This document shows positions 18,600 through 28,772 of a stretch of DNA of 64,000 nucleotides, in pieces. The position numbers and the translations under genes were made by a program. How positions within the stretch are numbered: the first letter of the stretch is position 1; every line of letters starts with the position of its first letter. This DNA is from Clostridia bacterium (lineage in GTDB: Bacteria > Bacillota > Clostridia > Oscillospirales > CAG-272): contig JAFTJZ010000091.1 of the NCBI GenBank assembly GCA_017456145.1, positions 18,519 through 82,518 on the forward strand, read 5' to 3'. The notes beneath the pieces were generated by a model. It had not been told where the DNA came from. It saw nothing but the letters and a program-made list of their open reading frames with translations, and made no database searches.

Positions 18600-18746
18600 G
18601 CTCTCACCTCCGTCAATGCATCTTTCGCGTACACCTATATAGTGTTCATTTTTGAAATTCGGGGACAACAACTACAATATTTTAACATATTTTTTCTCCT
18701 TTGTAACCATTTTCGGGAAAATTTCAAAAAATTTCACCGCAGGGTG

Positions 18747-18775
18747 TTGACAAAAACGTCAAATTACATTATAAT
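18747..18775 (+). promoter_or_regulatory. Sigma-A promoter of the tyrS leader
   Basis: TTGACA-17-TATAAT. Confidence 0.85.
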
Positions 18776-18787
18776 ATATAAGTATAT

Positions 18788-19040
18788 CAGCGACGATGGG
18801 AAAGAGTAACCGTCATATTCCCCGACAGAAAGCAGCCGGTTGATGAGAGGCGCAGGGTGCGAGGGCGGCGAATACCTCCCGGAGCTTTGTCCCGAAACGG
18901 TTCTCCGCGTGTAGGCGACAACGGCAGCCGCCCGTTACCACGCGGTAGGGTCATGCACCCATAAAGGTCGCAGTCGCGAGGCTGTGGCGAAAAAAGGTGG
19001 TAACACGGGTCTCCCGTCCTTTTCGGACAGGGGATTTTTA
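18788..19040 (+). ncRNA. T-box riboswitch (Tyr specifier UAC)
   Basis: Stem I AG-box/GNUG elements, GAA-TAC specifier at 18870-18875, T-box AAGGTGGTAACACG at 18994-19007, then a terminator; precedes tyrS. Confidence 0.9.
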
Positions 19041-19069
19041 TTTTAATTATTATTTCGGAGGAAAATAGA

Positions 19070-20293
19070 ATGCAAATTTATGAGGAACTCGTCGCCCGCG
19101 GCCTGATCGCGCAGGTGACCAACGAACAAGAGATCAGAACCATGATCAACGAAGGCAAAGCTACCTTTTACATCGGCTTTGACTGTACTGCCGACAGCTT
19201 GACGGCGGGGCATTTTATGGCGTTGACGCTGATGAAGAGACTGCAAATGGCAGGCAACAAGCCCATCGCGCTGATCGGCGGCGGCACGACCATGATCGGC
19301 GACCCGTCCGGGCGCACCGACATGAGAAAAATGCTGACGCTGGAGGACATTCAGCACAACGCAGATTGTTTCAAGCGGCAGATGGAGAAATTTATCGACT
19401 TCTCCGAGGGCAAGGCCATGATGATCAACAATGCGGATTGGCTGCTCTCTCTTAACTACGTAGAGCTGCTTCGCGAGGTCGGCGCGTGTTTTTCGGTCAA
19501 CAACATGCTGCGCGCCGAGTGCTATAAGCAGCGCATGGAAAAAGGTCTCTCCTTCCTTGAGTTCAACTACATGATCATGCAGAGCTACGATTTCTATCAT
19601 CTTTATAAAAATTACGGCTGCAATATGCAGTTTGGCGGCGATGACCAGTGGTCGAACATGCTGGGCGGCACTGAGCTGATCCGTCGTAAGCTGGGCAAGG
19701 ATGCGCACGCCATGACCATCACGCTTTTGACCGACTCTCAGGGTAAGAAAATGGGCAAGACCGCGGGCAACGCCGTCTGGCTGGATCCCAACAAGACCAG
19801 TCCCTACGATTTCTATCAGTATTGGAGAAACGTAGGCGACGCCGACGTGCTCAAGTGCATCCGTATGCTGACCTTCCTGCCCATTGAGCAGATCAACGAG
19901 ATGGACAGCTGGGAGGGTGCACAGCTCAACACCGCCAAGGAAATTCTTGCCTTTGAGCTGACCAAAATGGTTCACGGTGAGGAGGAGGCAAGCAAGGCGC
20001 AAAGTGCTGCCAAGGCACTCTTTGGCGCGGGCGCTGTGGATGCCAATATGCCCACGGTTGAGCTTGCCGCCGCTGATTTCGCAGACGGCAGTGTGGACAT
20101 TCTGACGCTTTTGGTCAAGGCCGAGCTGGTTCCCTCCAAGTCTGAGGCGCGCCGCGCGGTTGAGCAGGGCGGTGTCACGGTGTCTGATGAAAAGATCACT
20201 GACATCAAAAAAGCATATGCTACCGCCGATTTTGCCAACGGCGTGGTGATCCGCAGAGGAAAGAAGGCATACAAGAAGGTTGTTATAAAATAA
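19070..20293 (+). CDS. tyrS: Tyrosine--tRNA ligase
   Basis: [31 protein letters not shown]-terminal S4 domain. Confidence 0.97.
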   Translation: MQIYEELVARGLIAQVTNEQEIRTMINEGKATFYIGFDCTADSLTAGHFMALTLMKRLQMAGNKPIALIGGGTTMIGDPSGRTDMRKMLTLEDIQHNADCFKRQMEKFIDFSEGKAMMINNADWLLSLNYVELLREVGACFSVNNMLRAECYKQRMEKGLSFLEFNYMIMQSYDFYHLYKNYGCNMQFGGDDQWSNMLGGTELIRRKLGKDAHAMTITLLTDSQGKKMGKTAGNAVWLDPNKTSPYDFYQYWRNVGDADVLKCIRMLTFLPIEQINEMDSWEGAQLNTAKEILAFELTKMVHGEEEASKAQSAAKALFGAGAVDANMPTVELAAADFADGSVDILTLLVKAELVPSKSEARRAVEQGGVTVSDEKITDIKKAYATADFANGVVIRRGKKAYKKVVIK

Positions 20294-20342
20294 GGGCAGT
20301 GCCTCCGGCATCGCTCTGCGGGGTGGCGAAGACGCTCCGCGG

Positions 20343-20615
20343 GTTTAAGAACCCTTTTTGAAAAAAGGGTTCTTAAAAATCTCCCAAAAACCTTGAATCA
20401 TTGCTTAACGTACAAAAGAGTATGCAGTTAACTGCATACTCTTTTCTTCTTTTTCGCCTATTTTATTCTCACCCATAAGGCATACCTCTCATCGACAGCA
20501 GAACAGAACCGTTCGTCTCTTAATAAAAACAATTCAAGGTTTTGGAAGGTTCCAAGGAAACTTTTTCCCAAAAAGTTTCCTTGGTGGGGTTCAAGGGGCA
20601 ACGCCCCTTGGCTCC
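20343..20615. repeat. REP/REPIN-like doublet, copy B/C, with inner palindrome
   Basis: TTTAAGAACCCTTTTT..AAAAAGGGTTCTTAAA, inner AAAAGAGTATGCAGTTAACTGCATACTCTTTT, CCAAGGAAACTTTTT-CCC-AAAAAGTTTCCTTGG, AAGGGGCAACGCCCCTT. Confidence 0.85.
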
Positions 20616-20659
20616 GTAACCATTTCTACACACTTGTGGGGGAGGGGCCCCCACATGGT

Positions 20660-20793
20660 ATACCTCTCATCGACAGCAGAACAGAACCGTTTGTCTCTTA
20701 ATAAAAACGATTCAAGGTTTTTGAAGGTTCCAAGGAAACTTTTTCCCAAAAAGTTTCCTTGGTAGGGTTCAAGGGGCAACGCCCCTTGGCTCC
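20660..20793. repeat. Direct duplication of 20482-20615 (copy D)
   Basis: 134-nt copies 178 nt apart, 4 mismatches by eye. Confidence 0.9.
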
Positions 20794-20813
20794 CGGTTCA
20801 AACCCTATGATGA

Positions 20814-21317
20814 TCATCCTCGCCGCATCGCTTGCACGATTTCCGCCGCCAGCGTTGCGGGGTCATGATCGTAATACACCGCGGCATTTTTCCACGTTTT
20901 CTTGGTATGATTGATGGCGTTGATCAATTTCACCGCACGTGACGGCTGCCAGCGCAGCAGATTCTTCGTATAATCGTCCAGCAGAACGTCATCCTCGCGA
21001 ACGTCTCCGATGCAGGCGCGCTTGTCCGAGCCGTTGGGAACAAAAAGTCGATGTGACACATCCAGCTCGGGCAGATAGTTATCTACCCACGCGTTCTTTT
21101 CCGCAAGCGCATACGGGCTGTCCGTCAGATAAGCAGATAAAATGTGTACCTCAATTTCCGGATGTGCCGATAGCAGACAACGAATCGCAGCGACCACATT
21201 TTCATGCGGCGGCAGGTTGCGGAAATACCCCTTTTCATATAGAGGCGCCATGCTCTCCTGCGGTAAAAATTCCGTCAGCGTACCATCCATATCCACGAAT
21301 AACCGTTGGCGGTGCAT
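20814..21317 (-). CDS. 5'(3')-deoxyribonucleotidase (NT5C, HAD family)
   Basis: LFVDMDGTL, YFRNLPP, ILSAY, EKNAWV, LLDDYTKNL; start uncertain. Confidence 0.8.
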   Translation of the reverse strand: MHRQRLFVDMDGTLTEFLPQESMAPLYEKGYFRNLPPHENVVAAIRCLLSAHPEIEVHILSAYLTDSPYALAEKNAWVDNYLPELDVSHRLFVPNGSDKRACIGDVREDDVLLDDYTKNLLRWQPSRAVKLINAINHTKKTWKNAAVYYDHDPATLAAEIVQAMRRG

Positions 21318-21451
21318 TGTTTCTTCCGCACCAACCACAGAATCCCCGAAAAAATCATGACAGCTATGTTTCATTATCATCGTCCTCCGTGACGCAGCAT
21401 TGCGACAAGCCCCCAAGCGGTCAGGCCATCTCCGTGCCGCGCGTCACTCGG

Positions 21452-21781
21452 TCAACGAAGGCAGAATATCTCCACAAAGATCAAAAGCAGTCCGGCCACA
21501 ACACCAAGTCCCGCCGAGATCAATCCCTGCTCGATCCCCCCGACCAAGCCAAGGAAACAGAAAAAGCACAGTGCGACACCCGCATAGCGGATCACGCGAC
21601 GAACAGCAGGCTTTGCGCAAAGCTTTAACAGCATGGAAAGAAACATCCCCAGCACGTTAAACATACGATCGACAAACGCACCGACGCGATCAACCTCGGG
21701 AGTGAAATCCTCCTCGTAATCGGTGATCTCATAAAAATACTCGCGACGTACCTGATTCTTTTTCATATAACAATTATTCAT
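21452..21781 (-). CDS. Small membrane protein, unknown function
   Basis: GGAGG RBS; C-terminal hydrophobic helices. Confidence 0.7.
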   Translation of the reverse strand: MNNCYMKKNQVRREYFYEITDYEEDFTPEVDRVGAFVDRMFNVLGMFLSMLLKLCAKPAVRRVIRYAGVALCFFCFLGLVGGIEQGLISAGLGVVAGLLLIFVEIFCLR

Positions 21782-21837
21782 GACATGGTCCTCCCCGACC
21801 GTTCAACCGTTTGTCACCCGCGCTCATTTCGGGCAAC

Positions 21838-21897
21838 TTCCTGTTTCGGAATGATTTCATGTTACTTTTGATTTTCCTCAATTTTCCTGTTTCGGAA
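21838..21897. promoter_or_regulatory. Two identical dyad operators TTCCTGTTTCGGAA
   Basis: Copies at 21838-21851 and 21884-21897 in the divergent region next to a CI/LexA-like repressor gene. Confidence 0.7.
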
Positions 21898-22117
21898 TCG
21901 GTTGTGCCACTATTATACTACCATTTTTGGAATTTGTCAATAGGTTTTTTCCGATTTTTGAAATATTTTTTCAAAATCCTATTTACAAATCGGAATTTTT
22001 GTGGTATACTATAAGCGGAAAAGCAGAAAATTGTTCCGTTTTTGGCAAAGTACGGAGCCGTCAAATCGACATATGCAAGATATTATATATAATGTGACAA
22101 ACGCAAGGAGGACGAAA

Positions 22118-22951
22118 ATGAGTATCGAATCCAACGCAAAGAACACCGAAAACTACATCGACCGCATCAAGCAATTAAAAAATGAAAAGAAGATCACCAA
22201 CGAGCAGCTCTCCGAAATGACAGGGATCCCGTTGAGTACCATGAGCAAGATGCTGGCGGGGATCAGCGAGCAACCCAAGCTGATCAACGTCGTCGCTATC
22301 GCGCGCGCGCTCGGATGCTCGCTGGACTACCTTGTCAACGGCGACGGTGAATGCGACCATGAGAGCGGCAACCGCTACATCCTTTCCCCGGACGAGGCCT
22401 CCATGGTCGAGGATTTCCGCTCGCTGGACAGCCACGGCAAGGAGCTGACACTGTTGATCATCAGCAAGGAAAAAGAACGTATGTTCCCTCATACGGCCAT
22501 ACGCCCCACCCGCACCTCGCGCGTGCTGCCTACACCCGAGATCGATATGTTTGACACGGAAAAGGAAGAGCGCCCCGCCGCAAAGCGCGCAATTTTGCTT
22601 TATGATATGCCCGTCTCGGCAGGCACCGGCATTGACCTGACCGAGGAATATGCAGGTGAGCTGCTCATTCCCAACACCGAGCAGACCCGCGACGCCGACT
22701 TCGCGCTTCGCATCAAGGGCAACAGCATGGAGCCCAAGTTCCGCGACGGTGATATCCTGCTGGTCCACAGCACCGAGCGCGCCCAGCAGGGTGAGCTTGG
22801 CATCTTCGTGCTGGACGGTGCCGGATATTTCAAAAAGCACGGCGGCGACCGTCTGCTCTCGCTCAACCCGTCTTATGCCCCCATTATGCTCTCCGATTAT
22901 ACCGATGTCAAGTGCGTCGGTCGCGTAATCGGAAAAATGTACCGCCGTTGA
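22118..22951 (+). CDS. XRE HTH + peptidase S24 (LexA/CI-like autocleaving repressor)
   Basis: HTH ITNEQLSEMTGIPLSTMSK; VSAGTG cleavage site; GNSMEP catalytic Ser; FKK Lys. Confidence 0.9.
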   Translation: MSIESNAKNTENYIDRIKQLKNEKKITNEQLSEMTGIPLSTMSKMLAGISEQPKLINVVAIARALGCSLDYLVNGDGECDHESGNRYILSPDEASMVEDFRSLDSHGKELTLLIISKEKERMFPHTAIRPTRTSRVLPTPEIDMFDTEKEERPAAKRAILLYDMPVSAGTGIDLTEEYAGELLIPNTEQTRDADFALRIKGNSMEPKFRDGDILLVHSTERAQQGELGIFVLDGAGYFKKHGGDRLLSLNPSYAPIMLSDYTDVKCVGRVIGKMYRR

Positions 22952-22988
22952 TCTACCGTGACGGCAAGTCCCACCGCCGTCATCGGTC

Positions 22989-23025
22989 AAGCCCCGTCTC
23001 CTTTTGTACAATGAGACGGGGCTTT
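22989..23025 (+). terminator. Intrinsic terminator
   Basis: AAGCCCCGTCTC...GAGACGGGGCTTT. Confidence 0.75.
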
Positions 23026-23206
23026 CTCTCTGTTTGGCAGCAAAATCGTCTCTTTGATATCATTTGTTACTCTTTTTTGAACAGATTTACAAATTATTCA
23101 CATTTTATTCACACATTCAGTGCACAAGCATGATATACTGTTAATACCAATCGGCAGATATGTGCGTATATAAACTGTCGAAAATTTATACGAGAGGTAT
23201 ACCATC

Positions 23207-24709
23207 ATGAAAACTTTCACAAAGCTGCTGGCTTTGCTGTTGGCCCTTTTCATGCTCGGCACCTGCCTGATCGCTTGTGCCGATGACACGGAAGACGACG
23301 GCAAGCAAGATGACCCCACTACTCCCGGCACCGAGAATGAAGAGGGTGACGGAACAGAGCAGGAAGAGCGCATCACGCCCGACATCCCCGAGACCTACGA
23401 TTTCGGCGATGAAGACGTCAGTTTCGTATACTGGTACGTCGATAGCTGGACCAATACCGTCCGTTACTGCCGCGACATTTATTCCGAGTCAGTCACCGGC
23501 GAGCCCATCCCCGACAAGGTCTATTATCGTAACGCCGACATTGAGGAGGCGTACAATGTCAACATCACGCTGGAGATGCAGCAGTACAGCGCCATCGGTA
23601 CCACCATCACCAACCAGAACGCCAGCGGCGACAGCACCTATCTTGTCGCGGTTCCCCGTCTGGCAGAGGCAGGCGGCCTGGTTGTCAACGGCGCCTTCCA
23701 CAACCTGTATGAGGTCAACCACATCGATCTGACCAAGCCCTGGTGGGATCAGAACTCGGTCAACCAGCTTTCCTCCAACGATACGCTGTATCTGGTCTCG
23801 ACCTCTTTGATGGTCAATGACAAGGATGCGACGGCCGCCATCGCCTTCAACAAGCAGGCGGTTCTTGACAACTCGCTGGACGATCCCTATCAGTACGTCC
23901 GTGACGGCGAGTGGACGTATGACATCGTCGCCGAGATGGCAGAGGCTGCCACCAAGGAGCTGGACGGTGATGACGTTATGGATAAGAACGACTTCTGGGG
24001 TTTCCTTGGTAAGAACGACGTCTTTACTTCCTTCTTCCACGGCAGCGGCGGTTTGTTTGTTGTCAAGGATGAGGACGGTCTGTTCACCTTCAACTTCGGC
24101 TCCGAGGAGGATCACATCCTTGCAACCGAGGATCTGCTGGACTACATCATGACCGCAGACTTCTTCTTCAATCACCACACCGCAGGCATCGATGACGACG
24201 AGTATACCGAGTTGTTCACCAGCGGCGGCGGTCTGTTCTTCTGGATGCGTTTGGACGAGGTCACCAATATGCGCGGCTCCGAGACCAACTTCGGTATCCT
24301 TCCCATTCCGAAATATCTTGAGATACAGGATAATTATCATTCCACCGTCAGCCAGCACACCACGGGTCTGCTCTCCGTTCCGCTGAGCACCGCAGGTACG
24401 GATCTGGAGATGGTCGGTATGGTTCTGGAGGCGATGAGCGCACATTCTCATTACGATCTGCAGAACGAGTACATAGAGATCTCCCTGAAGGGTCGTTACG
24501 CACGCGACAACGAGTCCGAGGAGATGCTGGACATCATTCTCGGCAACCGCGTCTTTGACCCCGCACTGGTCTTTGGTTTCGGCGACTTTGCCAACGGTTA
24601 CCAGAACCTGGCAAGCGGCACCGGCAACATCACCTCCTTCCTCGCAGGTAACGAGGAGTTGACCATCAAGGCAATCGAAGAATTTAACGAGAAGATCGCA
24701 GAATATTGA
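23207..24709 (+). CDS. Extracellular solute-binding lipoprotein (sugar ABC family 1-like)
   Basis: Lipobox LIAC; KPWWD, GEWTYD, FGILPIPK; acidic composition. Confidence 0.85.
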   Translation: MKTFTKLLALLLALFMLGTCLIACADDTEDDGKQDDPTTPGTENEEGDGTEQEERITPDIPETYDFGDEDVSFVYWYVDSWTNTVRYCRDIYSESVTGEPIPDKVYYRNADIEEAYNVNITLEMQQYSAIGTTITNQNASGDSTYLVAVPRLAEAGGLVVNGAFHNLYEVNHIDLTKPWWDQNSVNQLSSNDTLYLVSTSLMVNDKDATAAIAFNKQAVLDNSLDDPYQYVRDGEWTYDIVAEMAEAATKELDGDDVMDKNDFWGFLGKNDVFTSFFHGSGGLFVVKDEDGLFTFNFGSEEDHILATEDLLDYIMTADFFFNHHTAGIDDDEYTELFTSGGGLFFWMRLDEVTNMRGSETNFGILPIPKYLEIQDNYHSTVSQHTTGLLSVPLSTAGTDLEMVGMVLEAMSAHSHYDLQNEYIEISLKGRYARDNESEEMLDIILGNRVFDPALVFGFGDFANGYQNLASGTGNITSFLAGNEELTIKAIEEFNEKIAEY

Positions 24710-24718
24710 TTTTACCCC

Positions 24719-24749
24719 GAGGGGCTGTGCCAATGGCGCAGCCCCTCTT
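24719..24749 (+). terminator. Intrinsic terminator
   Basis: GAGGGGCTGTGC-CAATG-GCGCAGCCCCTC-TT. Confidence 0.65.
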
Positions 24750-25208
24750 AAAAACCAATGATATGATTTTACGCGCGGAATTTGCGGTTTCCCCTGCAAA
24801 GCGAGCAAACGTTGCACTCTTCAGCCGCAAAGCTAAAACGATGGAGGCAGAATCCAATACATTTTGGAAGTTGCCTCTCCCTCTTTTCCGCTTTTTTCAA
24901 CATTTCAAAAAAATTTACAATTTAGACATTTTTTCGTTGCAAAAAGCACTTGCTTTTTTCGACGTTTTTTTATATGATATAAGCATGATGAATATCGAAT
25001 GATGCACGCTCGCCGTTTCATCGTTTTTCGTCCCTTTCGTATGGTCACATTGCACAAATTTTACCACTCTCTTTTGTGCAACCAGACGAAAATGAGGTAG
25101 GATGAAAAAAATGCATTGAATAAATCAAAGATTTGTGATATAATGTTATAAGTGGCACAGTATGTGTTCTATCCGATATTCAAAACCGTGAGGAGGACTT
25201 ACCAAATT

Positions 25209-27464
25209 ATGATGAAACGTCTCATTGCCCTGCTGCTCTGCCTGATTATGTGCGTGTCGGTATTCGCTGGTTGCGCGACCGATGGCACCGAAGAGGATGA
25301 CGACAAGGGCGCGTACATCACGATGTACCTGACCAACGAAATCTACAACTTCGACCCTGCTTATGCCTTCAATAATGAAGAGGCCGAGAGCATCGTCAGC
25401 CTGCTGTTTACCCGCCTGTTCACCCTGAGTGAAAAAGGAAAGCTGCAGTATGAGCTCGCTCAGAGCTACACCACCGCAGAAAATGAGAAGACCAATGAGT
25501 ACACGCTAACCATTAAGATGCGTGAGACCTGGTGGTCTGACAAAACCAGAGTAACCGCAGATGACGTGGTATACGCATGGAAGAGACTTCTCGACCCCGA
25601 GAACTCCTTCTCCGCTGCAGCACTGCTGTATGACATCAAGAATGCGCGCGCCGTCAAGGAGGGAGACTGCTCCATCGATGACCTTGGCGTTTATGCGCTG
25701 AACGACACGACGCTGGAGATCGTCTTTGAGCGTCCGATCGACTACGACGCATTCCTTCTGAACCTGACCAGCCTGGCTCTCGCTCCTCTGCGTGAGGACT
25801 ACGTCAGCAAGGGCGATGACTGGGCAAAGAAACCCGGTACCATGGTTACCAGCGGCCCCTTCAAAATTGGTAAGTTGTACTTAAACACCGAGGAAGACGC
25901 CAAAGCAAAGGCTCTTTCCGGTTATTTCACAACCTATTACGATGCGCATGCACTCTCCTATGACAATGGCGAATATTATCCCGCAGAAAACAAAAACTTC
26001 TATGAGGGTAAGTATCTGAGCTTTGCTCTGGAGCGCAACGCTTGCTACTATCGCAACCCCGATGAGGCAGACGACATCAAGCTTGATAAGCAGGTCACTC
26101 CTTACCGTATTATCGTTGATTGCTCCTACTCTCCCGAGCAGCTCAAGGCGGCATACCAGAACGGTGAGGTCTTCTACATGGGTGATATCCCCGTTTCCCT
26201 GCGCAGCGACAGCGAATTCATCGCCGACGCCAACATCAAGGACGGTCTGTCCACCGCATCCATTTACCTCAACCAGAACGCGATGATCACCAACAAGTCG
26301 ACCGGTGAGGAGGTTGCTCTCTTCGCAGACGCCAATGTCCGCAAAGCCCTCTCCCTGGCACTGGATCGTGAAACCATCGCCAAGACGCTCGTCTTTGCCA
26401 AGGCTGCTACGGGTATCGTTCCCGTCGGCATTTACGATCAGGGACTGAGCGGCTCCTTCCGCGAAGCAGTCGGCAATCTGATCGCCACCACCGCAGATAC
26501 CTCCGCAGCATCCTCTGCACTCTCGGCAGCAGGTGTCAAGGCATCCGATTACGCCTTTGAGCTGACGGTCAACCCCAACGACGATGAGATGGTCGTCATC
26601 GCGACCGCTGCCGCTGAGGCTTGGACGGCTCTGGGCTTTGAGGTCACCGTTGTCGAACGCGGCACCATCATCAACAACGACTGGTACGCGCCCACGGAGA
26701 CTTATCCTATTGATATCGCCGATGAGTTGTATCACGAAGATGTTCTCAACCGCGATTTTCAGGCAATCGTCCTTGACTTCTGCGCATACAACCAGGACGC
26801 TTACTCTATGCTCGCTCCCTTCGCAACGCTCTTCTCCGGCATCGTCGATGAGGAGATGAACCTGGTTCCCGGCTACACCGGTTACCAAAGCGAGACCTAC
26901 GATAAGCTGGTCGAGGCGATCTACTACCTGACCTACTTCGATTCGATCACCTCTGCGAATTACACATCCTTCGCAAGCTACGAAACCGCCGAGGAGTTCC
27001 AAACCATTCTGGACAATTGCAGCGCCGTCTACAGCCAGTACGGTATCAGCACCTCCAACGTTGCCGCAGGTCGCACCGCTCTGCTGCACGAGGCTGAGAA
27101 GATGCTTGTCGACGAGATGGTAATCATCCCTGTGGTCTTCAACCAGACCGCTACGCTGCAGTCCGATCTCCTTTCCAAGATCACCGCTGACTACTTTGTA
27201 GCATATGATTTCCAGAAGGTCAAGCTGAAGAATTACGAGGATTACATCGAGAATCTTGAGCAGGCATATTCCTTCAAGACCTTCTACGTCTGCGACAGCT
27301 GCGGTCATATGAACGAGGCGAATGCCTTGAGCACGAAGGAGGACGATTATCTCCTCACCGCTTGCAGCAAGTGCAGTGCCGCTTTGACGATGGATGACAT
27401 TCTGGGTCAGATCCCGTTCTACTCTCGTATCAAAGAGGCTATGGCAGCAGCAAGTGCTGATTAA
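25209..27464 (+). CDS. Peptide ABC transporter substrate-binding lipoprotein (OppA-like) with C-terminal CxxC...CxxC
   Basis: Lipobox FAGC; WSDKTRVTADDVVYAWKR family-5 signature; TSGPF; VRKALSLALDR. Confidence 0.85.
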   Translation: MMKRLIALLLCLIMCVSVFAGCATDGTEEDDDKGAYITMYLTNEIYNFDPAYAFNNEEAESIVSLLFTRLFTLSEKGKLQYELAQSYTTAENEKTNEYTLTIKMRETWWSDKTRVTADDVVYAWKRLLDPENSFSAAALLYDIKNARAVKEGDCSIDDLGVYALNDTTLEIVFERPIDYDAFLLNLTSLALAPLREDYVSKGDDWAKKPGTMVTSGPFKIGKLYLNTEEDAKAKALSGYFTTYYDAHALSYDNGEYYPAENKNFYEGKYLSFALERNACYYRNPDEADDIKLDKQVTPYRIIVDCSYSPEQLKAAYQNGEVFYMGDIPVSLRSDSEFIADANIKDGLSTASIYLNQNAMITNKSTGEEVALFADANVRKALSLALDRETIAKTLVFAKAATGIVPVGIYDQGLSGSFREAVGNLIATTADTSAASSALSAAGVKASDYAFELTVNPNDDEMVVIATAAAEAWTALGFEVTVVERGTIINNDWYAPTETYPIDIADELYHEDVLNRDFQAIVLDFCAYNQDAYSMLAPFATLFSGIVDEEMNLVPGYTGYQSETYDKLVEAIYYLTYFDSITSANYTSFASYETAEEFQTILDNCSAVYSQYGISTSNVAAGRTALLHEAEKMLVDEMVIIPVVFNQTATLQSDLLSKITADYFVAYDFQKVKLKNYEDYIENLEQAYSFKTFYVCDSCGHMNEANALSTKEDDYLLTACSKCSAALTMDDILGQIPFYSRIKEAMAAASAD

Positions 27465-27477
27465 ACTATTCCAACAA

Positions 27478-27694
27478 GGGGCTGCGTTAATAACGCAGCC
27501 CCTGCAGACTGTAAACCAAAGCATTCTCCACTCAACACGGTGGAGCGAAAGCCCATAAAATGATCCTTTTGAAAAAGCTTTTTAAGGATTCTTAAGGTGC
27601 TTTTTCTCGAAAAAGCACCTTAAGTGGGATTTGGGGCAAAGCCCCAAGTCCTTTCGACGACAAAGAGCGGGGCTGCGTTAATAACGCAGCCCCT
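27478..27694. mobile_element. MITE-like insertion between two copies of a 26-bp terminator palindrome, carrying a REP-like half element (copy E)
   Basis: GGGGCTGCGTTAATAACGCAGCCCCT at 27478-27503 and 27669-27694; inside CTTAAGGTGCTTTTT-CTCG-AAAAAGCACCTTAAG and TTGGGGCAAAGCCCCAA. Confidence 0.6.
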
Positions 27695-27840
27695 ACGTAT
27701 ATAGCCGACGGTAGGCTTTTTTTACCGCACAGAATTTGCGCTTTTCACCTGCATGGCAGGCCAAAAATGCGGTGTTTAGCCGCAAAGCAAAAATGACGGG
27801 GTGAGTTTCAAATGCTTTTTGCATTTGACTCACCCCGTTT

Positions 27841-28740
27841 TCATGATTCGTCCCGAAACATAGCGCGGATCTCATCGCCCGTGAAGATCTGCTTTCTGTC
27901 GCAGAAACGACAATTGATCTCCAATTCGTCGGGCTTTCCCTCCTGCTTTTGCTCCGCCAAGAGGCCCAGCGCCGCCTTCTCTCCGATGGCACGCACCGCG
28001 CCGAGCATACGCTCCCTTGTGCAGTTGCAGCGGTATTCCACCGTCAGCTCGTCAAAGATATCGTACGGAATATCCCGCAGTGCGATATCGGCAATTTCCT
28101 TGTCGGAAATACCGGAATCAAACAGGCGAGAAATATTGGCAAGCAGCGGAATGTTCTTCTCCAACTGAGAAATAACCGCCTCATCGGCGAAGGGCAACAG
28201 CTGCACCATGACACCGCCTGCAGCACGACAGCTACCGTCTGTGTCTACCAAGACACCCAAGGCAAGCACGGTGGGGATCTGCTCACTGGTGGCATAATAA
28301 GAGGCAATATCCTCTGCCACCTCTCCGCTGCACAGCGGGATGGAGCCCACATACGGCTCGTCTCCACCCGTGTCGCGCACGACATGCAGCAGCCCCTTGC
28401 CGACAGCGGCTCCTACGTTCAGCTTACCATCCGAGCGCAGCGGCAGATCGACATCGGGATTTTGAATATATCCGCGCACGTTGCCGTAATAATCCGCACT
28501 GGCGATCACCTTCCCCGCAGGGCCATCCCCGCCGAGCGTGACCGTAATGGCGTTTCCTTCCTCCCCCAACATACTTCCCATAACCGATGTTGCCGTTAAA
28601 AGGCGACCCAGTGTCGCCGTTGCAGTGGGGGTGGTATGATGATATCCGATCGCCCGATTGACGATCTCCGTAGAACGGATGACGTGGATGCGGGCGCTGC
28701 CGTCCTGCGTCATTCCGCGTAAAATAGTCGATTCAGACAT
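27841..28740 (-). CDS. hslO: Hsp33 redox-regulated chaperone
   Basis: [40 protein letters not shown]...CRFC. Confidence 0.95.
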   Translation of the reverse strand: MSESTILRGMTQDGSARIHVIRSTEIVNRAIGYHHTTPTATATLGRLLTATSVMGSMLGEEGNAITVTLGGDGPAGKVIASADYYGNVRGYIQNPDVDLPLRSDGKLNVGAAVGKGLLHVVRDTGGDEPYVGSIPLCSGEVAEDIASYYATSEQIPTVLALGVLVDTDGSCRAAGGVMVQLLPFADEAVISQLEKNIPLLANISRLFDSGISDKEIADIALRDIPYDIFDELTVEYRCNCTRERMLGAVRAIGEKAALGLLAEQKQEGKPDELEINCRFCDRKQIFTGDEIRAMFRDES

Positions 28741-28772
28741 ATTGATTTCTTCTTCGTTCCTTTCTGCGATGA

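Noticed and set aside
20482-20793. Possible CRISPR array (also the 13-bp array at 5907)
   Set aside because: Repeat length and number do not fit, there are no unique spacers of regular length, and no cas genes are present.
13957-22951. Prophage call based on the recombinase and the CI-like repressor
   Set aside because: No structural, replication or lysis genes; tyrS with its T-box lies between the two genes.
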